DNA of 64,000 bases from Limnochordales bacterium (GCA_014896315.1 JADBKP010000001.1:393557-457556); one strand, 5' to 3'. Positions 46,567-55,060 are shown, numbered from the stretch's first letter. Made by a program: numbers and translations. The notes: generated by a model not told the origin, from the sequence alone.

Positions 46567-47460
46567 TCAGGACTCCTGATCTCCTCCTGTAATCCGTTCC
46601 ACAATCCGCTCCAGATCTTCCTGCGAGTAAAACTCTATCTCAAGCACGCCTTTCTTCTTTCCGGGCCGGCAGCGCACCCTCGTTCCGAGCACCGACTGCA
46701 CCCGTTCCACTACTTCCCGCAACTCGGGCTTGAGCAGCACCTCGCCCCGTCCGCTTCGGGCACTCCCCTGCCCTCCCGGCGCCCGCTTTGCCCTCCACTG
46801 CCTTACCCGCTCCTCAAGCTCCCGTACACTCCAGTTGCCCCGGACTGCAGCCGTAGCCAGCGCCTCCTGCATGCTCTTCTCTTCCACTCCCGCCAGGACC
46901 TTCGCGTGCCCCGCGCTCAGCTCCCCGCTCCGCACCAGCGCTTGTACGCCCTGGCTCAGGCTCAGCAGACGCAGTACGTTACTCACCGTCGAACGCTGCT
47001 TCCCTACCGCAGCCGCCACCTCTTCCTGTGTCAAGCCGAACTCTACCATCAAACGCCGGTAGGCTTCGGCCTCGTCCAGCGGATTCAGATCCTCTCGCTG
47101 GAGGTTCTCGATCAGCCCGAGCTCCATGGCGGTACGGTCATCCAGCTCTCGGACGACGGCCGGTATTGTCCGCAACCCCGCCATCTGTGCCGCCCGCCAG
47201 CGGCGTTCGCCGACCACCAGTTCGTAGCCGCCCGCCACCGGCCGCACCACCACAGGCTGAACCACCCCATGCTGCCTGATCGACTCTGCCAGCTCTTGCA
47301 ACCGGCTGCTGTCGATCTCACTCCGCGCCTGGTATCGCCCGGGGGCTATCGCCTCAACCGCGATCTCCCGCGGTCCTTGTTCCGTTCCCCTCTCTTCCCC
47401 CAGGAGTGCCTGCAATCCCTTCCCCAAGACAGCTCGTCCCGGTGCACCCTTGCTTGCCAC
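46567..47460 (-). CDS. parB: Chromosome partitioning protein ParB/Spo0J
   Basis: VLGKGLQALLG, GVVQPVVVRP, ELVVGERRWRAA and an HTH GKQRSTVSNVLRLLSL with SAGHAKVL (ParB-type specificity residues). I prefer the GTG at 47460 (AAAGGGGGG SD); the track ORF begins at a TTG at 47487. Confidence 0.9.
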   Translation of the reverse strand: MASKGAPGRAVLGKGLQALLGEERGTEQGPREIAVEAIAPGRYQARSEIDSSRLQELAESIRQHGVVQPVVVRPVAGGYELVVGERRWRAAQMAGLRTIPAVVRELDDRTAMELGLIENLQREDLNPLDEAEAYRRLMVEFGLTQEEVAAAVGKQRSTVSNVLRLLSLSQGVQALVRSGELSAGHAKVLAGVEEKSMQEALATAAVRGNWSVRELEERVRQWRAKRAPGGQGSARSGRGEVLLKPELREVVERVQSVLGTRVRCRPGKKKGVLEIEFYSQEDLERIVERITGGDQES

Positions 47461-48262
47461 CCGGCCGTCCCCCCTTTCCGCGGTCAACTTCCGCCACCAT
47501 CCGCTGCATCAACTCTCGCGCAGCCTGCCGATAAGCTTCCGCACCGCGTGACTGCCCATCATACAGAATGATCGGCTTACCAAAACTGGGAGCCTCGCTC
47601 AATCTGACGTTGCGGGGGATAACCGTCGCAAAAACCTTCTCACCGAAAACATCCCGCACCGAACGGCTCACCTCTTCTGCCAAACGCGTGCGCGCATCAT
47701 ACATGGTGAGCAGCACCCCCGCAACCTCAAGCCCCGGGTTGAGGTGGCGGCGAACCATATCCACCGTTCGCAGCAGTTGCGTCACACCCTCCAGCGCGTA
47801 GTACTCGCACTGGATCGGAATCAGTGCCGAGTCAGCCACCGCCAGCGCGTTTACCGTCAACAATCCCAGTGACGGCGGCGAATCGATCAGTATGAACCGA
47901 TAGCGATCCGCCACCGGCGCCAATGTCTCCTTCAGCCGGTACTCGCGGGAAAAGACCGAGACCAGCTCTATCTCCGCGCCTGCCAGATCTATGGTGGCCG
48001 GCAGTACGTCGAGCCGCGGCAATGCCACGTTTTCCAGTATAACGTCCTCTGCTGCCGCCGACCCGATCAGGCACTGGTAGACCGAACCGGACAGTTTTTC
48101 CCGCTCTACCCCAACACCGCTTGTGGCGTTCGCCTGCGGATCCATGTCAACCAGCAGCACCCGCTCCCCTAACTCCGCGAGACAGGCCGCCAGGTTGACC
48201 GCCGTGGTGCTCTTACCCACTCCGCCTTTCTGGTTGACTATCGCCAGAATTCGTCCCTTCAC
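47354..48262 (-). CDS. soj: Chromosome partitioning ATPase ParA/Soj
   Basis: ILAIVNQKGGVGKSTTAVNLAACLAELGERVLLVDMDPQANAT. A C-terminal tail of about 45 aa runs into parB in another frame. Start is the GTG at 48262 or 48268. Confidence 0.9.
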   Translation of the reverse strand: MKGRILAIVNQKGGVGKSTTAVNLAACLAELGERVLLVDMDPQANATSGVGVEREKLSGSVYQCLIGSAAAEDVILENVALPRLDVLPATIDLAGAEIELVSVFSREYRLKETLAPVADRYRFILIDSPPSLGLLTVNALAVADSALIPIQCEYYALEGVTQLLRTVDMVRRHLNPGLEVAGVLLTMYDARTRLAEEVSRSVRDVFGEKVFATVIPRNVRLSEAPSFGKPIILYDGQSRGAEAYRQAARELMQRMVAEVDRGKGGRPGGKQGCTGTSCLGEGIAGTPGGREGNGTRTAGDRG

Positions 48263-49199
48263 CGGCACTGCTCCCGTCTTTACTCAACTTCCCGTCCGCA
48301 AGCCGGACCAAAATACTGATACGGTAACCTTCGCCTGTCTCCTCCTCTTCTACGTCTACTTCCAGCCCCGTCTTCCTGACGCTCTGCACCAGCTTCAAGA
48401 CAGAATTGCGCAACGGCCGCAAATCTTTCATTATGTGAATGACCCGCTGTTGCCGCTCCCGCCGCGGTCGCCCACCTTCCCCGGTGCTTCTTCCTCCCCC
48501 CTCGCGCCTCTCCTTGACCAGCCGTTCCGTCTCCTCCGCACTCAAACCCCGCTCTTTCACCTCACGCAAAACTTCCAGCTGCTCTTCTTCGGACTCCAAC
48601 ATCAACACAGCGCGCGCCTGCCGCTCGCTGATCATTTCCCGGGAAATCCACTCTTGTACTCGCGGCGACAGCCGCAGCAGACGCAACTTGTTGGCCACCG
48701 CCGGCTGGCTCTTGCCCAGCCGCTCCGCCAGCTCCTCCTGCGTCATCTTAAACTCCGTCAGAAGCTGCTGGTACGCACGGGCCTCTTCGAGGAAATGCAG
48801 TTGCGCCCGCTGCAGGTTCTCAACCAGCGCGGCCTCCGCCGCCTCTTTCTCATCCAGGTCGCGCACCAGCGCCGGGATCTCCGTCCAGCCTAACTTCCGG
48901 CAAGCCCGCAGCCGTCTCTCGCCGGCCACCAGCTCGTACTCGCCGTCTCCGCTTGGTCGCACCACTACCGGTGCCAACAGCCCCTGATTGGCAATGGAGC
49001 GGGCCAACTCCTCGACCTCGTTCTCATCAACCCGCTGGCGTGGCTGCCATCTGCCCACCCTGATCGCGCCAATGGGCAAGCGAACTATGCGCTCGTCACT
49101 CTGGGAAGGCAGACCCGGTCCGCCAGACTCGGGCTCCTCCTTTCCACGCCCGCGCTGATCCTCCTGATTGCGTGACCGCAGTAGATCTCCGAGCCGCAC
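48213..49199 (-). CDS. noc: Nucleoid occlusion protein Noc (ParB paralogue)
   Basis: The HTH GKSQPAVANKLRLLRL and ISERQARAVL carry Noc-type residues (Q, K, ER.AR), not ParB-type. The rsmG-noc-soj-spo0J order also fits. I prefer the GTG at 49199 (AAGGTGAGG SD); the track ORF begins at a TTG at 49271. Confidence 0.85.
   Translation of the reverse strand: MRLGDLLRSRNQEDQRGRGKEEPESGGPGLPSQSDERIVRLPIGAIRVGRWQPRQRVDENEVEELARSIANQGLLAPVVVRPSGDGEYELVAGERRLRACRKLGWTEIPALVRDLDEKEAAEAALVENLQRAQLHFLEEARAYQQLLTEFKMTQEELAERLGKSQPAVANKLRLLRLSPRVQEWISREMISERQARAVLMLESEEEQLEVLREVKERGLSAEETERLVKERREGGGRSTGEGGRPRRERQQRVIHIMKDLRPLRNSVLKLVQSVRKTGLEVDVEEEETGEGYRISILVRLADGKLSKDGSSAGEGTNSGDSQPERRSG
48634..48647. 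promoter_or_regulatory. Exact match to the Noc-binding site (NBS) consensus palindrome ATTTCCCGGGAAAT, inside noc
   Basis: The sequence ATTTCCCGGGAAAT is read directly at 48634..48647. It encodes W-I-S-R-E-M-I of Noc on the minus strand. Confidence 0.7.
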
Positions 49200-49321
49200 T
49201 CTGCACCTCACCTTCCCGGCGGATTCGCGCTTTCGACCTCGATACTGACGGAATTTCTCTTCTACACTCAATCTTCAATCCCTGCCAGATTTCGGGCATG
49301 CCGTTCCGACAGCTCCCCGAT

Positions 49322-50113
49322 CTAGCGGTGCTCCTTTCCGTCCCCGAGTGGCCGCTTCTCCGGAATCCCCTCCCGCCGCGGAAAGCGGGGATCGCAGTTG
49401 CGGCTCTTTGCCGCCACAACCAGCATCCTCCTGCCCCAGCCCTCCGGCAGCTCTTCCTCCACTACCCGGATCTCGCCGATGCCCAGCTGTTCCTTGCACC
49501 CCTCAAGGAGTCCGACCTCCTCCCGCCCTTCCGGACCCTTGTATGCAACCATTACCCCACCGACCCGCAGCAGCGGCAGAGCGTACTCGGCCACCACGTC
49601 CAGCCGGCCGACCGCCCGTGCCACGACCAGCGGCAACTGCTCGCGCCAGGCTGGTTCTCGCCCGAGCCGCTCCGCCCGGCCCTCCCAGACCACAAGGCGC
49701 GCCGGACTCACCAGCGGCGCAAGCTTCCGCAAGAAAGCCGCCTTCTTGCGCACCGACTCTACCTCCAGACAGTTCCAACCCCCGGCTATCCCCAGCACCA
49801 CCCCGGGTAGGCCCGCGCCCGCTCCCAGGTCAGCCAGCCAGGCGTCCGCCCCTGGCGCCCTCCCTACCGCTGTCATCCCCAACAACGAGTCGATGACGTG
49901 CTTCCAGGCAACAGCCTCCGGTTCAGTGATGCGCGTCAGGTTGAACTCTTCATTGGCCGCCACCACTTCGCAGGCATATCGAACCAGCCGCTCCCGCTCT
50001 CCTGCCCCTACCTCGAACCCAAGCCGGGGCTGAATCCAAGCCAGTCCTGCCGTGAGCGCCGCACGAAACCTCTCGATCTCCTCCAGACCCCATCCCATGC
50101 GTTCCGCCCCCAT
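49322..50113 (-). CDS. rsmG: 16S rRNA (guanine527-N7)-methyltransferase
   Basis: FNLTRITEPEAVAWKHVIDSL, DLGAGAGLPGVVLGI, ARAV. The start is at 50113 or the Met 5 codons downstream. Confidence 0.9.
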   Translation of the reverse strand: MGAERMGWGLEEIERFRAALTAGLAWIQPRLGFEVGAGERERLVRYACEVVAANEEFNLTRITEPEAVAWKHVIDSLLGMTAVGRAPGADAWLADLGAGAGLPGVVLGIAGGWNCLEVESVRKKAAFLRKLAPLVSPARLVVWEGRAERLGREPAWREQLPLVVARAVGRLDVVAEYALPLLRVGGVMVAYKGPEGREEVGLLEGCKEQLGIGEIRVVEEELPEGWGRRMLVVAAKSRNCDPRFPRREGIPEKRPLGDGKEHR

Positions 50114-50144
50114 CGATAAGAAAGGGCGTCCTTACGGGACGCCC
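50114..50144 (-). terminator. Rho-independent terminator candidate between jag and rsmG
   Basis: On the minus strand, GGGCGTCC-CGTAA-GGACGCCC is followed by TTTCTT. Confidence 0.5.
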
Positions 50145-50202
50145 TTCAACCTTCAACCCCAACTCCATCCGGCGAGCATCGCAGTCTCTTTTGCTGCCCG
50201 GT

Positions 50203-50901
50203 CTACTCCGACGCACCTGGCTTGGGTCCTTCCTCCCCGCCTTCTCCCGAACTGCCCGGCCGCTCCCTTGCTCCCTGCCCCGTCGAGCGTCCGACCGGCG
50301 CGATGATGACCCGCCTGTACGGCTCCTTCCCTTCGCTATACGTTTCGACATCCGGGTCGTTTGCCAGGGCCAAATGAATAACCCGGCGCTCCAACGCGTT
50401 CATGGGCTCGAGCGCCACCGGTCGGCCCGTCAGCCGGGCCTGGCGCGCCATTCTTTGCGCCAGTGCCTCCAGTGTCCGTCGCTGCCGCTCCCGGTAACCC
50501 TCGACATCCACTACCACACGGAACCGGCCCTCGGCCCCCTTCGCCACTACCTGGCGTACTAGCAACTGGAGTGCATCCAGAGTCTGGCCGCGGCGACCGA
50601 TGAGCAGTCCCGCCCCGCTACCACGAATACTGTACCGGATGACGTCTTCTTCTCCCACCTTGCCGTCAACGAACGCGTCTACCCCGATACCCCTGATCAC
50701 CTCTTCGAGAAAGCGGCGTCCCCTCCGCATCAGCCTTTCCTTCGGCGGAACTTCTGTAACCCTGACCTTTACGTAGCGTCCGCCAAGACCGAATAAACCC
50801 CGCGTTCCCTCCCCGATCACCTCCACCTTAACTTCGTCCGACTCGACCCCCAGTTCCTCCAGAGCGGCAATCACGGCCTCGTCAACGGTCCGCCCCGTCA
50901 T
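50203..50901 (-). CDS. jag: Jag/KhpB RNA-binding protein (Jag_N, KH, R3H)
   Basis: MTGRTVDEAVIAALEELGV..EVKVEVI (Jag_N) and a C-terminal R3H region LEPMNALERRVIHLAL. The ATG at 50901 lies 1 nt after the yidC stop, with GGAGG upstream. Confidence 0.85.
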   Translation of the reverse strand: MTGRTVDEAVIAALEELGVESDEVKVEVIGEGTRGLFGLGGRYVKVRVTEVPPKERLMRRGRRFLEEVIRGIGVDAFVDGKVGEEDVIRYSIRGSGAGLLIGRRGQTLDALQLLVRQVVAKGAEGRFRVVVDVEGYRERQRRTLEALAQRMARQARLTGRPVALEPMNALERRVIHLALANDPDVETYSEGKEPYRRVIIAPVGRSTGQGARERPGSSGEGGEEGPKPGASE

Positions 50902-50902
50902 C

Positions 50903-51619
50903 TCAACGGACCTGACCTCCGTCTCCTCCCTCGCTGGGCGCTGCTCGTCCACGCTTATGCCGCCCTCCTTCCTCCCTCGTTGGTGCACTCTTCGCATCCT
51001 CGGGTTTGGGAATTCCCAATGTTCGGTTGATCAGCCACTGCTGTCCGATGCTAAACAGGGTGCTGGCCACCCAGTAGAGCGCCACCCCTGCAGGAAGCGT
51101 AGCGGTAAGCCCGGCAAAAATGATGGGCATCATGGCCACCATACCTTTGGTGGTCGGATCCCCACTACTGCCCGTCCCGCTAAGCAGGCTTTGCGCGTAC
51201 ATTGTCACGCCGCTCAGAATCGGCAGGATGAAGTAGGGATCAGCAGCCCGCAGGTCGTCGATCCATAGAAAACCCTGGCGGAACTCATAGACCCGCAACA
51301 TGTTGTAGAGTGCCCACAAGAAGGGCATCTGTACCAGAATCAGCAGGCAGCCCGAGAACGGATTTACCTTCTCCTCGCGATAAAGCTGCAGCAGGCGTCG
51401 CTGCAGTTCCTCCGGCTTGTCGCGATACTTCTCCTGCAGCGCAGCTACCTTGGGCTGAATTGCCCGCATCTTGGCCGTCGTACGAAACTGGGGGGTCATG
51501 AGCGGCCAAAGCAGCAGGCGGATTACCACCGTAAGCAGGATCACGCCCAACCCCGCGCTGCCGGTCAGGTCCGCAAAGAGTTCAAGAAGCCATCTCATCC
51601 CTGCTTCCAGGTACTGCAA
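50903..51619 (-). CDS. yidC: Membrane protein insertase YidC/SpoIIIJ (short Gram-positive type)
   Basis: GLGVILLTVVIRLLLWPL, KMRAIQPKVAALQEKYRDKPEELQ, NPFSGCLLILVQMPF. Confidence 0.9.
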   Translation of the reverse strand: MQYLEAGMRWLLELFADLTGSAGLGVILLTVVIRLLLWPLMTPQFRTTAKMRAIQPKVAALQEKYRDKPEELQRRLLQLYREEKVNPFSGCLLILVQMPFLWALYNMLRVYEFRQGFLWIDDLRAADPYFILPILSGVTMYAQSLLSGTGSSGDPTTKGMVAMMPIIFAGLTATLPAGVALYWVASTLFSIGQQWLINRTLGIPKPEDAKSAPTREEGGRHKRGRAAPSEGGDGGQVR

Positions 51620-51714
51620 GAGCGTATCTCCTTCCGTCCGCGCAACCTCGCTAGTTCAAGCCGGACTGATGTCGCGCCGGCACCACCCAGACCCGCCAGC
51701 CCCATCTGTCCCCG

Positions 51715-51996
51715 TCACGGAACCGGATCGTATCCGCCGGCATTCCACGGGTGGCACCTGCTGATCCGCCGTACGGCAAGGAGTGCTCCTCGCCACGGCC
51801 CATATTTCTGCACGGCCTGCAGCGCATATTCGGAACAAGTAGGATAAAAGCGGCAGCTCCGGGGCTTCCAGGGAGAGATAAACTGTCGGTAGGCCTGGAT
51901 GGACAAAAGCAAAAGGCGCGCGAGCAGTACGCTTCCGACGCGCCAGCAGGTACGCACCCAAATGCTATTTCTTGCCCATCCAACGGTGCTCCGCAT
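51715..51996 (-). CDS. yidD: Membrane protein insertion efficiency factor YidD
   Basis: IQAYRQFISPWKPRSCRFYPTCSEYALQAVQKYGPWRGALLAVRRISRCHPW. Confidence 0.85.
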   Translation of the reverse strand: MRSTVGWARNSIWVRTCWRVGSVLLARLLLLSIQAYRQFISPWKPRSCRFYPTCSEYALQAVQKYGPWRGALLAVRRISRCHPWNAGGYDPVP

Positions 51997-52014
51997 ATCG
52001 TGCCTTTCACAGCT

Positions 52015-52593
52015 TCAGACGTGAAGTTCCGGTAGCCGCCGCCTCCAGTCATCCCAAGCCTTCGCTACGGCCTGCTCCAGGTCTTCCCTCAGCTCCTGAT
52101 AGCTGGCGCCTCCCGCCTGCGGCCGGGCAGCCACCACCAGTTTGACCGTAGCTGCGCACGTCCTACCATTTACTCCCTGCTCGACCATAGATCGGAGAAG
52201 CTCCGTGCCCCTGCAGATCTCCACTACGGCTGCTCGCAACCGCCGGCGAACCCGGTTGCGCACCACCGCCTTCCCCACTTTCCTGGATACCGAAAACCCA
52301 ACCCGCACTTCGCACCTTTCGCCCGGTTCGACCAGCAAGCGTACCCCGACCAGCCGGGACTCCCCCCGGGCCCCCAGAGCATACACCCGGGCAAACGCTG
52401 ACCTGCCACGTAAGGCTGCCGGCGACGGGGCCCGGACCCTACCGGCCCCGCTTACACCGTCAGCCGTGCCCGGCCCTTCGCCCGGCGACGCTTCAGGGTC
52501 CGGCGCCCGCCCGGAGTGGCCATCCGGGCCAGAAACCCATGCACCCGGGCCCGTCTGCGCCGCTTCGGCTGCCACGTCCTCTTCATCACCCAT
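52015..52593 (-). CDS. rnpA: Ribonuclease P protein component, with an N-terminal extension that overlaps all of rpmH
   Basis: Core [36 protein letters not shown] (RNR motif). In this frame the only start codons upstream of the conserved N-terminal motif are the GTG at 52575, the ATG at 52593 and the ATG at 52647. I chose 52593 because GGAG/GGGAG SD motifs lie upstream. Confidence 0.7.
   Translation of the reverse strand: MGDEEDVAAEAAQTGPGAWVSGPDGHSGRAPDPEASPGEGPGTADGVSGAGRVRAPSPAALRGRSAFARVYALGARGESRLVGVRLLVEPGERCEVRVGFSVSRKVGKAVVRNRVRRRLRAAVVEICRGTELLRSMVEQGVNGRTCAATVKLVVAARPQAGGASYQELREDLEQAVAKAWDDWRRRLPELHV
52452..52586 (-). CDS. rpmH: 50S ribosomal protein L34
   Basis: Below the track's size cut-off and found by hand: [44 protein letters not shown] (44 aa), a canonical L34 sequence at the canonical position upstream of the rnpA core. 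Confidence 0.9.
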   Translation of the reverse strand: MKRTWQPKRRRRARVHGFLARMATPGGRRTLKRRRAKGRARLTV

Positions 52594-52719
52594 CGCTCCC
52601 ACTCCACGGAAAAGCGCTAGCGAAGCGCTCCTCACGCAAATCTCCATGCTCTATGCGTAGGAACGCCTAGATTATAGTAACCAGCCGCGACCAGTGTCAA
52701 TTAAGCTTGTCGCCTCCTG

Positions 52720-52959
52720 CTATCCACAGTTCTCCACAGGATCCACAACCTGTTGACAGTACAGGGCTGTGCGCGCCCTGAAGGCGCCCCCGCCCAACCG
52801 GATTCCACAGATCTCCCCAAATATCGGGGAAAGGCTGTGGATAGATACATCGCTACCGTTGCTCCTGCTAAATGCGGGTACCGGCGCCGCGCCCAGGCCG
52901 CGCACCCCCTTTCCACAAGCCTTCTTGGCCTGTGGATAACTTGTTGATTCTGTGTATAA
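52720..52959. other. oriC: oriC, upstream DnaA-box cluster (rpmH-dnaA intergenic region)
   Basis: At least 8 DnaA-box-like 9-mers (consensus TTATCCACA): cTATCCACA 52720, TTcTCCACA 52730, ggATCCACA 52739, gATTCCACA 52801, TGTGGATAg 52836, TTTCCACA 52910, TGTGGATAA 52931 (perfect), TGTGtATAA 52951. Confidence 0.8.
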
Positions 52960-53034
52960 CCTGCCGCGATTACCAGTCGCCTCGGGCAGGAGATCCCGCC
53001 CCTTGTCCCGAATCGATACGGCGGAGGTCTCACC

Positions 53035-54606
53035 ATGCAAGACGCTGAGACAATCTGGACGCAAACCCTGGCGCTCCTTGCGGAGCACCTGGACCCTGAC
53101 ACCTTCTCCGCCTGGCTGAGCGGAGCACGGCCACTGGGAGTCCATGGCAACACGCTCCTGGTTGAGATACCCAATGAGTTCGCGCGCGACTGGCTAAACG
53201 CGCAGTATCACGATTTCCTTCATGCTTGTCTGGCCCAGATTGTTGGAGAGGGCTGGAATATCCGGTTCCTCCTGCCAAACGAGAGCCCTCCGCGGCGGGC
53301 CCAGGTTGCTCGTCCTGCAAGTGCACTCTTTCCGCCAGTTACCCCGGAGACACAGCCAATCCCGGGTGTCCTGACGCGTCAGGACCTCTTGCGTGACGCC
53401 CGATCCGGACGTACGCCAGTACGGTCGCAGCCACTGCCTGCCTCGCCAGCTATGTCGGAGGTGGCGGCCGCGCGCCTGCCCTCAAATCTTTCGGCGCGTC
53501 CTTCGGCCGGCGGTACCGGCACCGTGATCACGCCTCCTTCAATATCCTTGCCTCCCATCCAGCACCGCGACCGCGATGACCTCGTTCTCCACCTGAACCC
53601 GAAGTACACCTTTGACACCTTCGTGGTCGGTGCCAACAACCGCTTTGCGCATGCCGCCTGTCTGGCGGTGGCCGAATCCCCGGCCGAGAGCTACAACCCT
53701 CTCTTCCTGTACGGTGGGGTCGGGCTGGGCAAGACCCACCTCATGCAGGCTATCTGCCACTATGTACTGGAGCGGTCACCCAACGCCCGGGTCATGTACG
53801 TAACCTCCGAAAAGTTCACCAACGAATTGATCAACGGCATCCAGAAGAAGGCGATGGACCAGTTCCGCGCCCGCTACCGGACGCTGGACATCCTGCTGAT
53901 CGACGACATCCAGTTCGTCGCCGGGAAGGATAGCACGCAAGAGGAGTTCTTCCACACCTTCAACGCGCTCTACGAGGCAAACAAACAGATAGTTATCTCC
54001 AGCGACCGCCCGCCCAAGGAGATCCCCACCCTCGAAGAGCGGCTCCGATCCCGCTTTGAATGGGGCTTGATGGCCGATATCGCTCCGCCCGACTTCGAGA
54101 CACGCATTGCCATTCTGCAACGGAAGGCCGCTTTGGATAACCTCGAGGTTTCGCCCGAGGTCATCACGTACCTGGCCGAACAGATCCAAAGCAACATTCG
54201 CGAGCTCGAGGGTGCGCTCAACCGGGTAGTGGCCTACGCTTCCCTGGCTGGCCGCGAGCTCACCGTCGACCTTGCCCGCGAAGCACTCAAGCCCATGCTC
54301 TCGAGCAATCCCATGCGGGTGACCGTCGCCGCCATCCAGAAGGTCGTGGCCGAATACTTTGGCGTCCCTCTGGATGAGCTGCGCGGCAAACGGCGCAGCC
54401 GCTCCGTGGCCTTCCCGCGGCAGATTGCCATGTACCTCGCCCGGGAGCTGACCGACGCCTCCCTGCCCCAGATTGGTGAGGAGTTCGGCCGCGATCACAC
54501 TACCGTCCTGCATGCCTGCGAGAAGGTGAAAGCTGAGCTGGCGCAGGACCGTTCTCTCCAAGTGCACCTGCAAACCCTGAAGGAACGGCTGCTCCGCAAT
54601 TCCTAG
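53035..54606 (+). CDS. dnaA: Chromosomal replication initiator protein DnaA
   Basis: LNPKYTFDTFVVGANNRFAHAA, LFLYGGVGLGKTHLMQAI, IDDIQF, and the domain IV motif FGRDHTTVLHA. It has a long, P/S-rich domain II. Confidence 0.97.
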   Translation: MQDAETIWTQTLALLAEHLDPDTFSAWLSGARPLGVHGNTLLVEIPNEFARDWLNAQYHDFLHACLAQIVGEGWNIRFLLPNESPPRRAQVARPASALFPPVTPETQPIPGVLTRQDLLRDARSGRTPVRSQPLPASPAMSEVAAARLPSNLSARPSAGGTGTVITPPSISLPPIQHRDRDDLVLHLNPKYTFDTFVVGANNRFAHAACLAVAESPAESYNPLFLYGGVGLGKTHLMQAICHYVLERSPNARVMYVTSEKFTNELINGIQKKAMDQFRARYRTLDILLIDDIQFVAGKDSTQEEFFHTFNALYEANKQIVISSDRPPKEIPTLEERLRSRFEWGLMADIAPPDFETRIAILQRKAALDNLEVSPEVITYLAEQIQSNIRELEGALNRVVAYASLAGRELTVDLAREALKPMLSSNPMRVTVAAIQKVVAEYFGVPLDELRGKRRSRSVAFPRQIAMYLARELTDASLPQIGEEFGRDHTTVLHACEKVKAELAQDRSLQVHLQTLKERLLRNS

Positions 54607-54637
54607 TAACTTCCAGCAAACGTTCCTGGCGGGCAAA

Positions 54638-55060
54638 GGATCCACATTGTCCTTGTGGATAAGTAGTCGATCCTAAATCATACGCAGAAGAGGGCCCGGC
54701 TATCACCAGATTATTCACCGTTTCGGCACGGGCCCTTCCCCAGGCCTTTCCCGGCGTTTTTGCCTTTTCCTCGGTCCTGGGTGCTGCCTGTCCGAGACTT
54801 TTCCACACAACCCAACGCCCGACGAAGGCGACAGCTACCTCCATACGAGTAAGTCTTCCACCTCCACCCCCGCCACCACCCGACGCCCCGCAATCCACCC
54901 ACCCGCCGACCGGACACCCACCCACCACCCATACGCATACAAAAGTCACCCGCCCGCCGACTCAAACTAACCCCTTCCACCGCAAGCTCGGCAGGATTTC
55001 ACCCCTCCAGCCGGAAGCCTATAAACGGTATACTGGTTAACAAAGCAACAGCTGTCGCAA
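54638..55060. other. oriC: oriC, downstream part (dnaA-dnaN intergenic region): DnaA boxes, a C-rich tract and an AT-richer candidate unwinding segment
   Basis: ggATCCACA at 54638, TGTGGATAA at 54654 (perfect), TTTTCCACA at 54799. The locally AT-richer stretch ctataaacggtatactggttaacaaagcaaca lies at about 55019..55050. The bipartite layout resembles Bacillus oriC. Confidence 0.6.
54858..54930. repeat. Strand-asymmetric C-rich tract (CCACC/CACCC repeats)
   Basis: The plus strand reads tccacctccacccccgccaccacccgacgccccgcaatccacccacccgccgaccggacacccacccaccaccc. The complement carries many GGG/GGGG runs. Confidence 0.7.

Noticed and set aside
46168-47571. 467-aa plus-strand ORF spanning the MinD-like/parB region
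   Set aside because: It is antisense to two genes with strong family signatures. Its translation is P/L/R/H-rich low complexity with no recognisable motif, which is typical of open antisense frames in GC-rich DNA.
52701-53174. 157-aa and 141-aa minus-strand ORFs covering the rpmH-dnaA intergenic region
   Set aside because: The region is packed with DnaA boxes (oriC), and the ORFs have no SD or homology and run into dnaA antisense.
53776-54645. 289-aa minus-strand ORF inside dnaA
   Set aside because: It is antisense to the unmistakable dnaA frame and has no motifs or SD, so it is a GC-content artefact.
54500-54980. 149-aa and 89-aa minus-strand ORFs across the dnaA-dnaN spacer (poly-Gly/Trp-rich translations)
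   Set aside because: They are products of translating the G-rich complement of the C-rich tract. They have no start context and lie inside oriC.
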